DNA of 32,000 bases from Candidatus Methylomirabilis oxygeniifera. Lineage in GTDB: Bacteria > Methylomirabilota > Methylomirabilia > Methylomirabilales > Methylomirabilaceae. The stretch lies in assembly GCA_000091165.1 (NCBI GenBank), contig FP565575.1:930001-962000 (forward strand), given 5' to 3'. The translations under genes and the position numbers were made by a program. Positions 24,898 to 32,000 of the stretch are shown here, piece after piece (the first letter of the stretch is position 1; every line of letters starts with the position of its first letter). The notes under the pieces were generated by a model. That model made no database searches. It saw only the letters and a list, made by a program, of their open reading frames with translations, and was not told where the DNA came from.

Positions 24898-25236
24898 ATG
24901 CAACTTGAGGTGAAGTCAAAGACTTGGCTGGAGGCAGACGGCAAATTTATTATGGGGGAGCACGGTATTGCGCTCCTCGATGCGATCGATGAGCTCGGGT
25001 CGATCCAGCATGCGGCGAGGCAGGTAGGGTGGTCCTATCGGCGCGCGTGGGGATATCTCAAAACGATGGAGCGACACGCCGGCGTCCCGATTCTGGTCAT
25101 CAGTCATGGAGGAACCGCGGGCGGCGGGACGCGGCTCACACCGCAAGCTCGCAAGCTCCTGCGGGAGTATAAGCGATTACAAAAGACATTGCGGGCAGCC
25201 ATACGACAGAAATCGCGCCTACTGTTTTCGTACTAA
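24898..25236 (+). CDS. ModE N-terminal-domain-like winged-helix regulator (no Mop/TOBE domains), 112 aa
   Basis: LLDAIDELGSIQHAARQVGWSYRRAWGYLKTMERHAGVPILVISHGGTAGGGTRLTPQAR matches the ModE N-terminal pattern (GSI..AA...SY..AW......GG..GGG..LT). Confidence 0.75.
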   Translation: MQLEVKSKTWLEADGKFIMGEHGIALLDAIDELGSIQHAARQVGWSYRRAWGYLKTMERHAGVPILVISHGGTAGGGTRLTPQARKLLREYKRLQKTLRAAIRQKSRLLFSY

Positions 25237-25242
25237 CAGCCG

Positions 25243-25302
25243 GTGCGGCGTTGCCGCACAACGGCCTACTAAAACCCCCCAACCCCCCTTTGGCAAAGGG
25301 GG
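25243..25302. repeat. Hairpins / REP-like element ('CCCCCTTT-GGC-AAAGGGGG' type) between the ModE-N-like gene and mop
   Basis: GTGCGGC-gtt-GCCGCAC (25243-25259), then an 8-bp stem CCCCCTTT / AAAGGGGG (25284-25302). Confidence 0.45.
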
Positions 25303-25372
25303 ATCGAAGGGGGTTTGCCTGGAGCTGACGGTTGAGTACTGACCGCTGTTTTCAACGGGAGGAGGTGGGAGG

Positions 25373-25579
25373 ATGGAGATGAGCGCTCGGAATCAACTGC
25401 CTGGGACCATCAAGAAGGTCAAAGTCGGTACCGTGATGGCTGAGGTAGTCATGAAGGTCGGAGATCACGAGCTGGCCGCGGCCATCACCAGCGGTTCGGC
25501 CAAGCGGATGAAATTGAAGGTCGGTGATAAAGTCGTCGCGGTCATCAAGGCGACCGAAGTGATGATCGCCAAGGAGTAG
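25373..25579 (+). CDS. mop: Molybdate/tungstate-binding Mop (TOBE) protein, 68 aa
   Basis: MSARNQLPGTIKKVKVGTVMAEVVMKV...VVAVIKATEVMIAKE is typical of Mop. GGAGGAGGTGGGAGG upstream. The start could be 25379. Confidence 0.85.
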   Translation: MEMSARNQLPGTIKKVKVGTVMAEVVMKVGDHELAAAITSGSAKRMKLKVGDKVVAVIKATEVMIAKE

Positions 25580-25588
25580 CGGGAGACG

Positions 25589-26467
25589 ATGACAATCATG
25601 CGTAAGAGATGGCTGAAAAGCGCTCGTAAACGCGTTGTCGTTGGGCTGGCGGCGCTTGGCATTCTGCAGATCGCGTTAATCTCTAGCGTTCAGGCCGCAA
25701 GCCAGAATGTCATTCTGGCGACGACGACCAGTACGCAGGATTCCGGTCTGCTTGATGTTCTGGTTCCGCTGTTTGAAAAGCGAACTGGCTACGCAGTGAA
25801 AACGATTTCTATCGGAACCGGCCAGGCGCTTGCGTTGGGCGGTCGAGGCGAAGCCGACGTCGTCCTGGTGCATGCGCCTGAGGCTGAGAAGAAGTACGTC
25901 GCTGAGGGGACGCTGATGAACCGGCGGTTGGTGATGCACAACGATTTTGTGGTGGTCGGTCCCAAAGAAGATCCGGCTCAGATTCGTAGCGTAAAGAAGG
26001 CGAGTGATGCGCTGCGCCGAATTGCCGAAAAAAGGGAAACGTTCGTTTCGCGCGGCGATAACTCCGGGACCCATCAGCTTGAGAAACGTCTGTGGAAAGA
26101 GGCGGGACGAGACCCAGTCGGTCACTGGTATCTCGAATCGGGTCAGGGGATGGGGCAGACCCTTGGTATTGCAGCGGAGAAGCGGGCCTATGCCCTTACC
26201 GACCGCGGCACCCTCCTCGCGTTGAAAAAACACCTCGCCCTGGACATTCTGGTCGAGCGGGACCCATCGCTCCTGAATATCTACTCGGTCATGGAGGTCA
26301 GTTCCGCCAGGTTCTCGAAGGTGAACGCTGCGGGCGGAAAGGCGTTCGCCGACTTCATGGTCTCGCCGGCGGCCCAGGAGGTCATCAAGAGTTTTGGGGT
26401 GGAGAAGTTCGGTGAGCCGCTGTTTTACCCGGATGCCGGTAAATACGAGGAGGAGATTGGACGCTGA
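25589..26467 (+). CDS. tupA: Periplasmic tungstate-binding protein, TupA-like, 292 aa
   Basis: Signal peptide. ILATTTSTQDSGLLDVL carries the TTTS motif characteristic of TupA-type binding proteins. No tupB/tupC follow. Confidence 0.75.
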   Translation: MTIMRKRWLKSARKRVVVGLAALGILQIALISSVQAASQNVILATTTSTQDSGLLDVLVPLFEKRTGYAVKTISIGTGQALALGGRGEADVVLVHAPEAEKKYVAEGTLMNRRLVMHNDFVVVGPKEDPAQIRSVKKASDALRRIAEKRETFVSRGDNSGTHQLEKRLWKEAGRDPVGHWYLESGQGMGQTLGIAAEKRAYALTDRGTLLALKKHLALDILVERDPSLLNIYSVMEVSSARFSKVNAAGGKAFADFMVSPAAQEVIKSFGVEKFGEPLFYPDAGKYEEEIGR

Positions 26468-26687
26468 ATAGATTGCAAGCCTGAACAGTACTCGAAAATG
26501 ACAAGGGGCGTTCAGCTCACCCGGCCAGGTCGATACTGAACGCCCCGGCGACACGAGGCGGTCTCCCGCCCCAACGCCCATTGTATTCCCCCACTGATTG
26601 CAATCAATGTCAAGGGGAAAAGAGGCGCAAGGCGTGACCGTCTTCACCAGGATTTTCAGTTATACGATCGATGACAGGGAGGAGACG

Positions 26688-28175
26688 ATGCAGCGCGCGC
26701 TCATAGCCGCAAGCTTGGCAATCTGGCTGGTGTGGGGTACTGGCGTGTCGAGGGTGTTCGCCGCCGATCGGTTGAGCGAACTGGCGCAGCAGCTTGAGAG
26801 TCAGAAGCAGGCACTCGAAGCTCAGAAGCGGATCATTGAGGCGCTTCAGCGGGAGGTCAACAGCCTGAAACAAGGGCAAACCCACCAACAAACCCTGGAG
26901 CGTGAGGTAGAAGGTCTGAAGCAGGCCCAGCAGGAGAACCAAAAGCTCAAGCGGGAGGTGGAGCAGATCAGGGTTGCGGCGACACCAAAGTTCGATGCCG
27001 GTTTCAAGAATTGGCAGCCCTATATCCGATCGACAGACGGCAATTTCACCCTCAATCCGGTCGGCCGCATCCAGTTCGATTATCGTAATTTTGAGGACGG
27101 CAATAGGCGTAACCTGGACGGTACCGAACTGACCAACAGATTTCTGATCAGGCGGGCCAGAATCGGCCTTGCCGGGACGTTCTACAAATACTTCGACTTC
27201 TTCGTTGAGGCCGACTTCGGACAGGGAGCGACCGGCCGGGACGGCAATGTCGTCCTGACGGACGGCTTTCTGGATATTCACTACTGGCCCGAACTTCGAC
27301 TTCGAGCGGGGCAGTTCAAGGTGCCGTTTGGCTATGAGGAGCTGTTCTCGGACAACAACATCGACTTTGTGGAGCGATCGGTTGCGGACAACCTTGTTCC
27401 GTCCCGCGACATGGGCGCGATGGTACATGGCTCAGCGTTCGACGGCAGTGTCAGCTACGCGCTAGGAGGTTTCAACGGCTCTGGCCAGAACAAACGCGAC
27501 ACCAACGATTCAAAGGACATCGTTGGCCGGCTCGTCGTGGCGCCATTTAAGAAAGCTGAGGTGCCGTGGCTCAAGAATCTGCAGGTGGGAGGCGACGTTG
27601 CGTGGGGCGATGAGGACAGCGGTCAGAGCCTGCAGGGTAAAACTGATGCGCAGTTTGTCTTCTTCCGGTCTATCCCTACGCGGGGTGATCGACTGCGCTA
27701 TAGCGGCGAAGCAGCGTACTACTACGGGCCGTTCACGATGTACGGCGAGTATATCCAGACGCGGGAGGAGCGAAAAGGGTTGGGGACCGGAGGAAGCGAT
27801 CTGCGCGATCTGTACGGCCGGGGCTGGTACGTGACGATGACCTATATGCTGACCGGCGAGACCAAAGTTCCCGGGCAGCCGGTCATCCCAACCCGGTGGG
27901 CTTCGCCGGTGGGACCTGAGAAAGGTTGGGGAGCCTGGGAACTCGCGGCCCGCTTTGAGCAGCTTGATTTTCGCGCAAAAGACATTATGGGCAACCGGGT
28001 CAATGCCGTGACGGCCGGCGTGAACTGGTACCTTACACCAAACGTAAAGTGGATGGCCAACTTTGTTGAGAACTGGTTCTCGAATGAGCGGGGCACCCCG
28101 TTTAGTTATACCAATCCCAACAACACGCGAACAACCGCATGGGAGGTCCTCACGCGGTTGCAACTGTGGTTCTAA
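26688..28175 (+). CDS. Phosphate/oxyanion-selective porin of the OprO/OprP family with N-terminal coiled coil, 495 aa
   Basis: Trimmed to the ATG at 26688 (GGGAGGAG upstream). Signal peptide ending VFA-AD, then a coiled coil (QLESQKQALEAQKRIIEALQREV...), then beta-barrel-like alternating segments. RRARIGLAGTFYKYFDFFVEADF is typical of Porin_O_P. The C-terminus is LQLWF. Confidence 0.7.
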   Translation: MQRALIAASLAIWLVWGTGVSRVFAADRLSELAQQLESQKQALEAQKRIIEALQREVNSLKQGQTHQQTLEREVEGLKQAQQENQKLKREVEQIRVAATPKFDAGFKNWQPYIRSTDGNFTLNPVGRIQFDYRNFEDGNRRNLDGTELTNRFLIRRARIGLAGTFYKYFDFFVEADFGQGATGRDGNVVLTDGFLDIHYWPELRLRAGQFKVPFGYEELFSDNNIDFVERSVADNLVPSRDMGAMVHGSAFDGSVSYALGGFNGSGQNKRDTNDSKDIVGRLVVAPFKKAEVPWLKNLQVGGDVAWGDEDSGQSLQGKTDAQFVFFRSIPTRGDRLRYSGEAAYYYGPFTMYGEYIQTREERKGLGTGGSDLRDLYGRGWYVTMTYMLTGETKVPGQPVIPTRWASPVGPEKGWGAWELAARFEQLDFRAKDIMGNRVNAVTAGVNWYLTPNVKWMANFVENWFSNERGTPFSYTNPNNTRTTAWEVLTRLQLWF

Positions 28176-28216
28176 GACGCCAGGCGCCCTTATAGGCGAA
28201 AGGCCTGGGAAGGAGC

Positions 28217-28564
28217 ATGAGCAAGATGACAAAAAAGCGTTTCACGGTGATCACGGCCCGGACGCTCACGCAAGGCCAGGCGATGCACGTCGGAAAGGAG
28301 TCGAAAGAGTATGTGGACGAGATCTCTACGGCGCGAATGAACCTCAAAGACTTCGAGGAACTCGAACTGTGTGACGGCGATCGCATTCGTTTGGCCACCG
28401 AGCACGGCTCGACTGTGCTGAAATGTGCAAAGGGTGATGTGCCCCAGGGGATGGTGTTCATTGCGTATGGGCGACTGATTAATCCGATTGTTGGCCCTGA
28501 TACTCAAGCGACCGGGATGCCGGACTATAAGGGGATCGAGGCGGAGGTGGAGCGCTATGTCTGA
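28217..28564 (+). CDS. fwdD: Formylmethanofuran dehydrogenase subunit D-like protein (molybdopterin-dinucleotide-binding cap domain), 115 aa
   Basis: FTVITARTLTQGQAMHVGK...ELCDGDRIRLATEHGSTVLKCAKGDVPQGMVFI. The stop overlaps the fwdB start (ATGTCTGA). Confidence 0.75.
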   Translation: MSKMTKKRFTVITARTLTQGQAMHVGKESKEYVDEISTARMNLKDFEELELCDGDRIRLATEHGSTVLKCAKGDVPQGMVFIAYGRLINPIVGPDTQATGMPDYKGIEAEVERYV

Positions 28565-29924
28565 GAATGTAGCAGTACTGGACGCGAAACAGTTACAGGT
28601 CTTTACCGGTGTAACCTGCCCATTTTGCGGCACGGCGTGCGACGATATAGAGATCCGTGTTGAGGATGGAAAAATTACGACAGTCAAGAACGCCTGCGCC
28701 TTGGGCAAAGCGACCTATATGCACTATCAAGAGGACCTGGCGACGCCACGGATTCACGGACAACCCGCGACCATCGAGCAGTGCATCGATGCGGCCGCGG
28801 AGATCCTGGCCAAAGCCAAGTACCCCTTGATCTATGGCCTGGACTCGACCGAATTGAGCGCCCAGCGGAAGGCGATCCAGTTGGCGGAGCTGATTGGCGC
28901 CAACATCGACCACACCTCGTCGGTCTGACACGGACCAGGTCTGCAGGGTCTGCAGACAATCGGGCTTCCGACGTGTACCGTGGGAGAGATCAAGAACAGG
29001 GCGGATCTTGTGATCTACTGGGGATCGAACCCGGCGGAGGCGCATCCGCGACACCCCAGTCGCTATGCCGTGACGGCCAAGGGGCTCTTTACCCCATTGG
29101 GGAAAAAAGAACGGACGATCGTGACGGTTGATGTGAGGCCGACTTCATCATCTCGGATGGCCAATATCGCCTTCCAGATCAAGCCGAACTCCGACTATGA
29201 GGTTCTTTCCGTCCTGTTGGCGCTGGTGAAGGGTCACGAGTTGGATTGCCGTGAGGTGGGTGGAGTGGCGATCGAGGAATGGAAGGCGTTGGTAGACAAG
29301 ATGAAGCAGTGCAAGTTCGGGGTCATCTGTTGGGGGATGGGTATTACGATGAGCCGGGGTAAGCACTTCAATGCTATCGCCATCCTGAAACTGGCTCAAG
29401 AGCTGAACCGATTCACCAAGTTTTCCGGTATGCCGATGCGGGGTCATGGCAACGTGGTGGGTATCCAGCAAGTGCTGACCTGGCAGACCGGCTACCCCAT
29501 GTCCGTCAACTTCAGCCGGGGCTATCCGCGATACAACCCTGGGGAGTTTTCGGTTGCCGACCTCGTAGGCCGCAAAGAAGTAGACGCCGCCATGGTTATC
29601 GCAGCGGATGCCGTCGGTCATCTTCCGGGCAAGACGTCGGAGTATCTTCAGTCGATCCCGCTCATCGCCATCGATCCCAAAGAGAGCGACACGACGAGGG
29701 TGGCCGCGGTCGTGATTCCCGTGGCACAGGCCGGGGTGGCTGCCGCCGGCATGCAGTATCGGATGGATCATATCCCGCTCAAGCAGAAGAAGGTGGTCGA
29801 CTCGCCCTGGCCCACGGATCGTGAGGTTGTAGAGAGAATTATCGCGAAGGTGATCGCCAAGAAACACGCTAGGAGCGGCGCCGCCGCAGGTCTAGGGAAA
29901 GGGGGAGCAGCGCAGGGCACGTGA
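28557..29924 (+). CDS. fwdB: Formylmethanofuran dehydrogenase subunit B-like protein, selenocysteine-containing (UGA at 28926-28928 read as Sec124), 455 aa
   Basis: ORFs 28488..28928 and 28980..29924 are in the same frame and are separated only by one TGA. The N-terminus carries [10 protein letters not shown]...NAC (4Fe-4S). The TGA falls in HTSSV-U-HGPG, where Fwd/Fmd B and FDH enzymes carry the Mo/W-ligating Cys/Sec. A hairpin follows. Confidence 0.75.
28939..28957 (+). other. Candidate bacterial SECIS stem-loop
   Basis: GTCTGCAG-GGT-CTGCAGAC. The 8-bp stem starts 10 nt after the UGA, and the apical loop contains GGU. Confidence 0.55.
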
Positions 29925-30002
29925 TAGCGACCAGGGACTGACGACCATTATCGCAATCCCTCCAACTGTCATTCGCCCTGCCTGAATTTTCAGGGGGGTT
30001 CG

Positions 30003-31421
30003 GTGAGCAGCTCCGTAACCAAGGCGGAGGCGGCCGAGACGTTCTATCATCTCTCGGGTCCGAATCTGCCTCCCGTCTGTCAGGGTATCGCGTGCTTTGT
30101 AGCGCGCCACCTCAATCCGGAACGTTTCTCACAAGCTGAGACGCAATCCCCACGCCTCTATTGCCTGGGACGCTGTTTCGCCGCGCCCGCCTGCCTCACG
30201 GAACACCCTCAACCTCACATCGAAATTCGCGCTTCCCGCGGCGTCATTCTGGATCGGATCGTGCGGGGCGAGACGGGTCCGGACTATGGCGCGCTCCGGC
30301 GCGCGCTGGACCTCACGTCTGAGGAGGTATTGCGCGAGGTCGAACGATCCGAACTTCGGGGGCGCGGGGGAGCGGGCTTCCCCACCGGCAGGAAGTGGCG
30401 GGCCGTCGCTCAGCAAGAGGCCCACGAGAAATTCGTCGTCGTCAACGCGGACGAGGGCGACCCGGGCGCCTATATCGATCGCGTGATCCTCGAACGCGAT
30501 CCCCACCTGCTCCTCGAGGGCGTGAGAATCGCGGCCTACGCGGTCGGCGCCCGGAGGGGTGTCATCTATCTGCGCAAGGAATACCCTGAGGCGCTGCCGG
30601 CGTTGCAGCGCGCGGTCCAGGAAGCCGGACGGGTCTGGCCCGGCGAATTCGCCGTCGAGATCGTTGTCGGTCAGGGGAGTTACGTCTGCGGCGAGGAAAC
30701 CGCATTACTGAATTCAATTGAAGGGAAGCGCCCGGAAGTCCGGACGCGACCCCCCTATCCGACGGCGCGCGGGCTGTATCAGCGGCCGACCCTGATCAAC
30801 AATGTGGAGACCCTGGCCGCGATTCCGTGGATCATACAAGAAGGCGCCGCCGCCTACCGCAACCTCGGATTTTCGCAAAGCCGCGGGACCAAACTGCTGT
30901 CGCTGAATTCGCTGTTTCGAAAACCGGGTCTCTACGAGGTGGAGTTCGGAATCACCCTCCGGGAGGTCGTCGAGGGACTGGGCGGCGGTCTGTGTTCCGG
31001 TCCGCTGAAAGGGCTGATCGTCGGGGGACCTCTGGCCGGAGTGATCCCGCCTGAGCTGCTGGATACGCGGCTTGGCTTTGAAGAGTTGCGGGAGATCGGG
31101 GCGGGGGTAGGGCACGGCGGGGTCGTGGCCTTCGACGACCGGACGTCGATCCTGGAACTCGCCCACCATGTCTTTTCTTTCGGGGCCTATGAGTCGTGCG
31201 GCAAGTGCACTCCGTGCCGGCTCGGCTCCCCGCGTGTGGAGCAGGTGTTCGCCTTGGCCCGACAGGCGGAAACGCCGTCGCAGGGGGCGTATCGCGAATT
31301 CGGAGCAATCGTTGCGGCCTTGCATCAAGCCAGCCTCTGCGGCCATGGGACAGGGCTGGCCGCTTTCGCGATGAGTGCGATGCGTTACTATCGAAAGGAG
31401 CTGGAGGCATGCCTCGGCTAA
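30003..31421 (+). CDS. NuoF-like NAD(H)/FMN/4Fe-4S flavoprotein with short NuoE-like 2Fe-2S N-terminus (FDH beta / HoxF-type), 472 aa
   Basis: GRGGAGFPTGRKW, NADEGDPGAY and ESCGKCTPCR. N-terminal CQGIAC...CLGRC. GTG start after AGGGGGG. Confidence 0.85.
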   Translation: MSSSVTKAEAAETFYHLSGPNLPPVCQGIACFVARHLNPERFSQAETQSPRLYCLGRCFAAPACLTEHPQPHIEIRASRGVILDRIVRGETGPDYGALRRALDLTSEEVLREVERSELRGRGGAGFPTGRKWRAVAQQEAHEKFVVVNADEGDPGAYIDRVILERDPHLLLEGVRIAAYAVGARRGVIYLRKEYPEALPALQRAVQEAGRVWPGEFAVEIVVGQGSYVCGEETALLNSIEGKRPEVRTRPPYPTARGLYQRPTLINNVETLAAIPWIIQEGAAAYRNLGFSQSRGTKLLSLNSLFRKPGLYEVEFGITLREVVEGLGGGLCSGPLKGLIVGGPLAGVIPPELLDTRLGFEELREIGAGVGHGGVVAFDDRTSILELAHHVFSFGAYESCGKCTPCRLGSPRVEQVFALARQAETPSQGAYREFGAIVAALHQASLCGHGTGLAAFAMSAMRYYRKELEACLG

Positions 31422-32000
31422 CGGTCAACGGGCGGGCCTTGGAGTGCGAGCCCGGCCTCACCATCTTACAGGTGCTGCGTCGGGAGGGGATCGAGGTGCC
31501 GACGCTGTGCTGGGACCAGCGGCTGCAACCCTATGGCGGTTGCCGCTTGTGCGTCGTCCGGGTCGCAGGATACGAGAAGCCGCTCACCGCCTGCAACACC
31601 CCCGTAGAGCCGGGGATGCAGATCGACAGCCATACCCCGGAACTCGAAGATCTGCGCCGCACCATGCTGGGCCTGATCGCCAGGGGGTATCCCGCCGAGG
31701 CCGTTGAGAGATGTCCGGAAAAGGAGTTCCATCGGTATATCCGCCGCTACGATCTGATGGCTGAGTTGCAGGGGCGCCCGGCGCCGGACTTGCGGGACGA
31801 CTCGCATCCGTACCTGCACGTCGACATGTCCCAGTGCGTGGACTGCTTCCGCTGCGTGCGGATCTGCGAGGAGGTGCAAGGCCAGTTCGTCTGGCGGGTA
31901 TTGGAGCGCGGCGACAGGATCCGGATTGTCCCGGACTCGGGGACCGATCTGCGGACGAGCTCGTGTGTGAGCTGTGGCGCGTGCGCGGATGCCTGCCCAA
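31409..32000 (+). CDS. NuoG/FdhA-like Fe-S protein, 5' partial (runs off the window)
   Basis: Translated by hand from the ATG at 31409 (overlaps the upstream stop by 13 nt; not in the ORF track because it has no stop in the window): MPRLTVNGRALECEPGLTILQVL...CRLCVV (2Fe-2S), HPYLHVDMSQCVDCFRCVRIC (His-ligated 4Fe-4S), CVSCGACADACP. Confidence 0.8.
   Translation, partial: MPRLTVNGRALECEPGLTILQVLRREGIEVPTLCWDQRLQPYGGCRLCVVRVAGYEKPLTACNTPVEPGMQIDSHTPELEDLRRTMLGLIARGYPAEAVERCPEKEFHRYIRRYDLMAELQGRPAPDLRDDSHPYLHVDMSQCVDCFRCVRICEEVQGQFVWRVLERGDRIRIVPDSGTDLRTSSCVSCGACADACP

Noticed and set aside
28926-28928. TGA splitting the fwdB-like gene into two ORFs, which could be read as a pseudogene or frameshift
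   Set aside because: Both parts are in the same frame. The codon sits at the expected Cys/Sec ligand position and a hairpin starts 10 nt downstream. Selenocysteine recoding is the better explanation.
28938-28955. Tandem GGTCTGCAG x2, as a possible repeat array
   Set aside because: There are only two 9-bp units inside a coding region. It is best interpreted as the stem of the SECIS-like hairpin, not a CRISPR or VNTR.
25676-29867. Long minus-strand ORFs 25676..26647, 26610..27428, 27510..28232, 28190..28708, 28593..29054 and 29148..29867
   Set aside because: Each is antisense to a recognisable plus-strand gene (tupA, porin, fwdD, fwdB). They have no independent support.
30129-32000. Minus-strand and alternative-frame ORFs over the NuoF-like and NuoG-like genes (30714..31346, 30952..31464, 31466..31879, 31584..32000, 31375..31707)
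   Set aside because: These are Arg/Pro-rich shadow ORFs. The annotated plus-strand frames carry canonical FMN/NADH and Fe-S motifs.

Overview
High-GC (about 60% by eye), densely coding bacterial chromosomal window. I saw no rRNA, tRNA or CRISPR array. Coordinates marked 'trimmed' are ORF-track ORFs that I shortened to an internal start with a good Shine-Dalgarno. Left to right: (1) a divergent promoter region (766-1067) drives a 72-aa protein plus a STAS protein on the minus strand, and a dual zinc-ribbon protein plus a CxxC-less HMA-like protein on the plus strand. (2) A minus-strand operon encodes a DUF5132-like membrane protein, a second HMA-like/TM protein, a 22-residue-repeat protein and a P2-type (SERCA-like) ATPase with a third HMA-like domain fused to its N-terminus, followed by a MetK paralog with altered invariant motifs. 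(3) A secreted PhoX-like phosphatase. (4) A GAF hybrid histidine kinase. (5) A ManC-like nucleotidyltransferase. (6) A two-gene heme-copper-oxidase-family operon whose subunit I has Leu-Asp where the helix-VI CuB histidine should be, and whose subunit II has lost the CuA ligands. (7) A small accessory islet with REP hairpins, an MNT-HEPN toxin-antitoxin pair and a degenerate REPtron. (8) arsR-acr3-arsC. (9) tex and an APH-family kinase. (10) phoR-phoB. (11) A long plus-strand string: ModE-N-like regulator, Mop, TupA-like tungstate-binding protein, OprO/P-type porin, fwdD, a selenocysteine (in-frame TGA plus hairpin) fwdB, a NuoE/F-like flavoprotein and the 5' part of a NuoG/FdhA-like protein. 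The strongest non-coding signal is a promoter architecture found six times: 3-4 direct KTNAY repeats phased at exactly 11 bp, then 10 bp, then a -10-like hexamer. It resembles Pho boxes and links otherwise unrelated operons. The most likely undescribed system is the DUF5132-like / HMA-like / repeat-protein / HMA-fused P2-ATPase module. All family assignments come from motif recognition by eye, and no database search was run.
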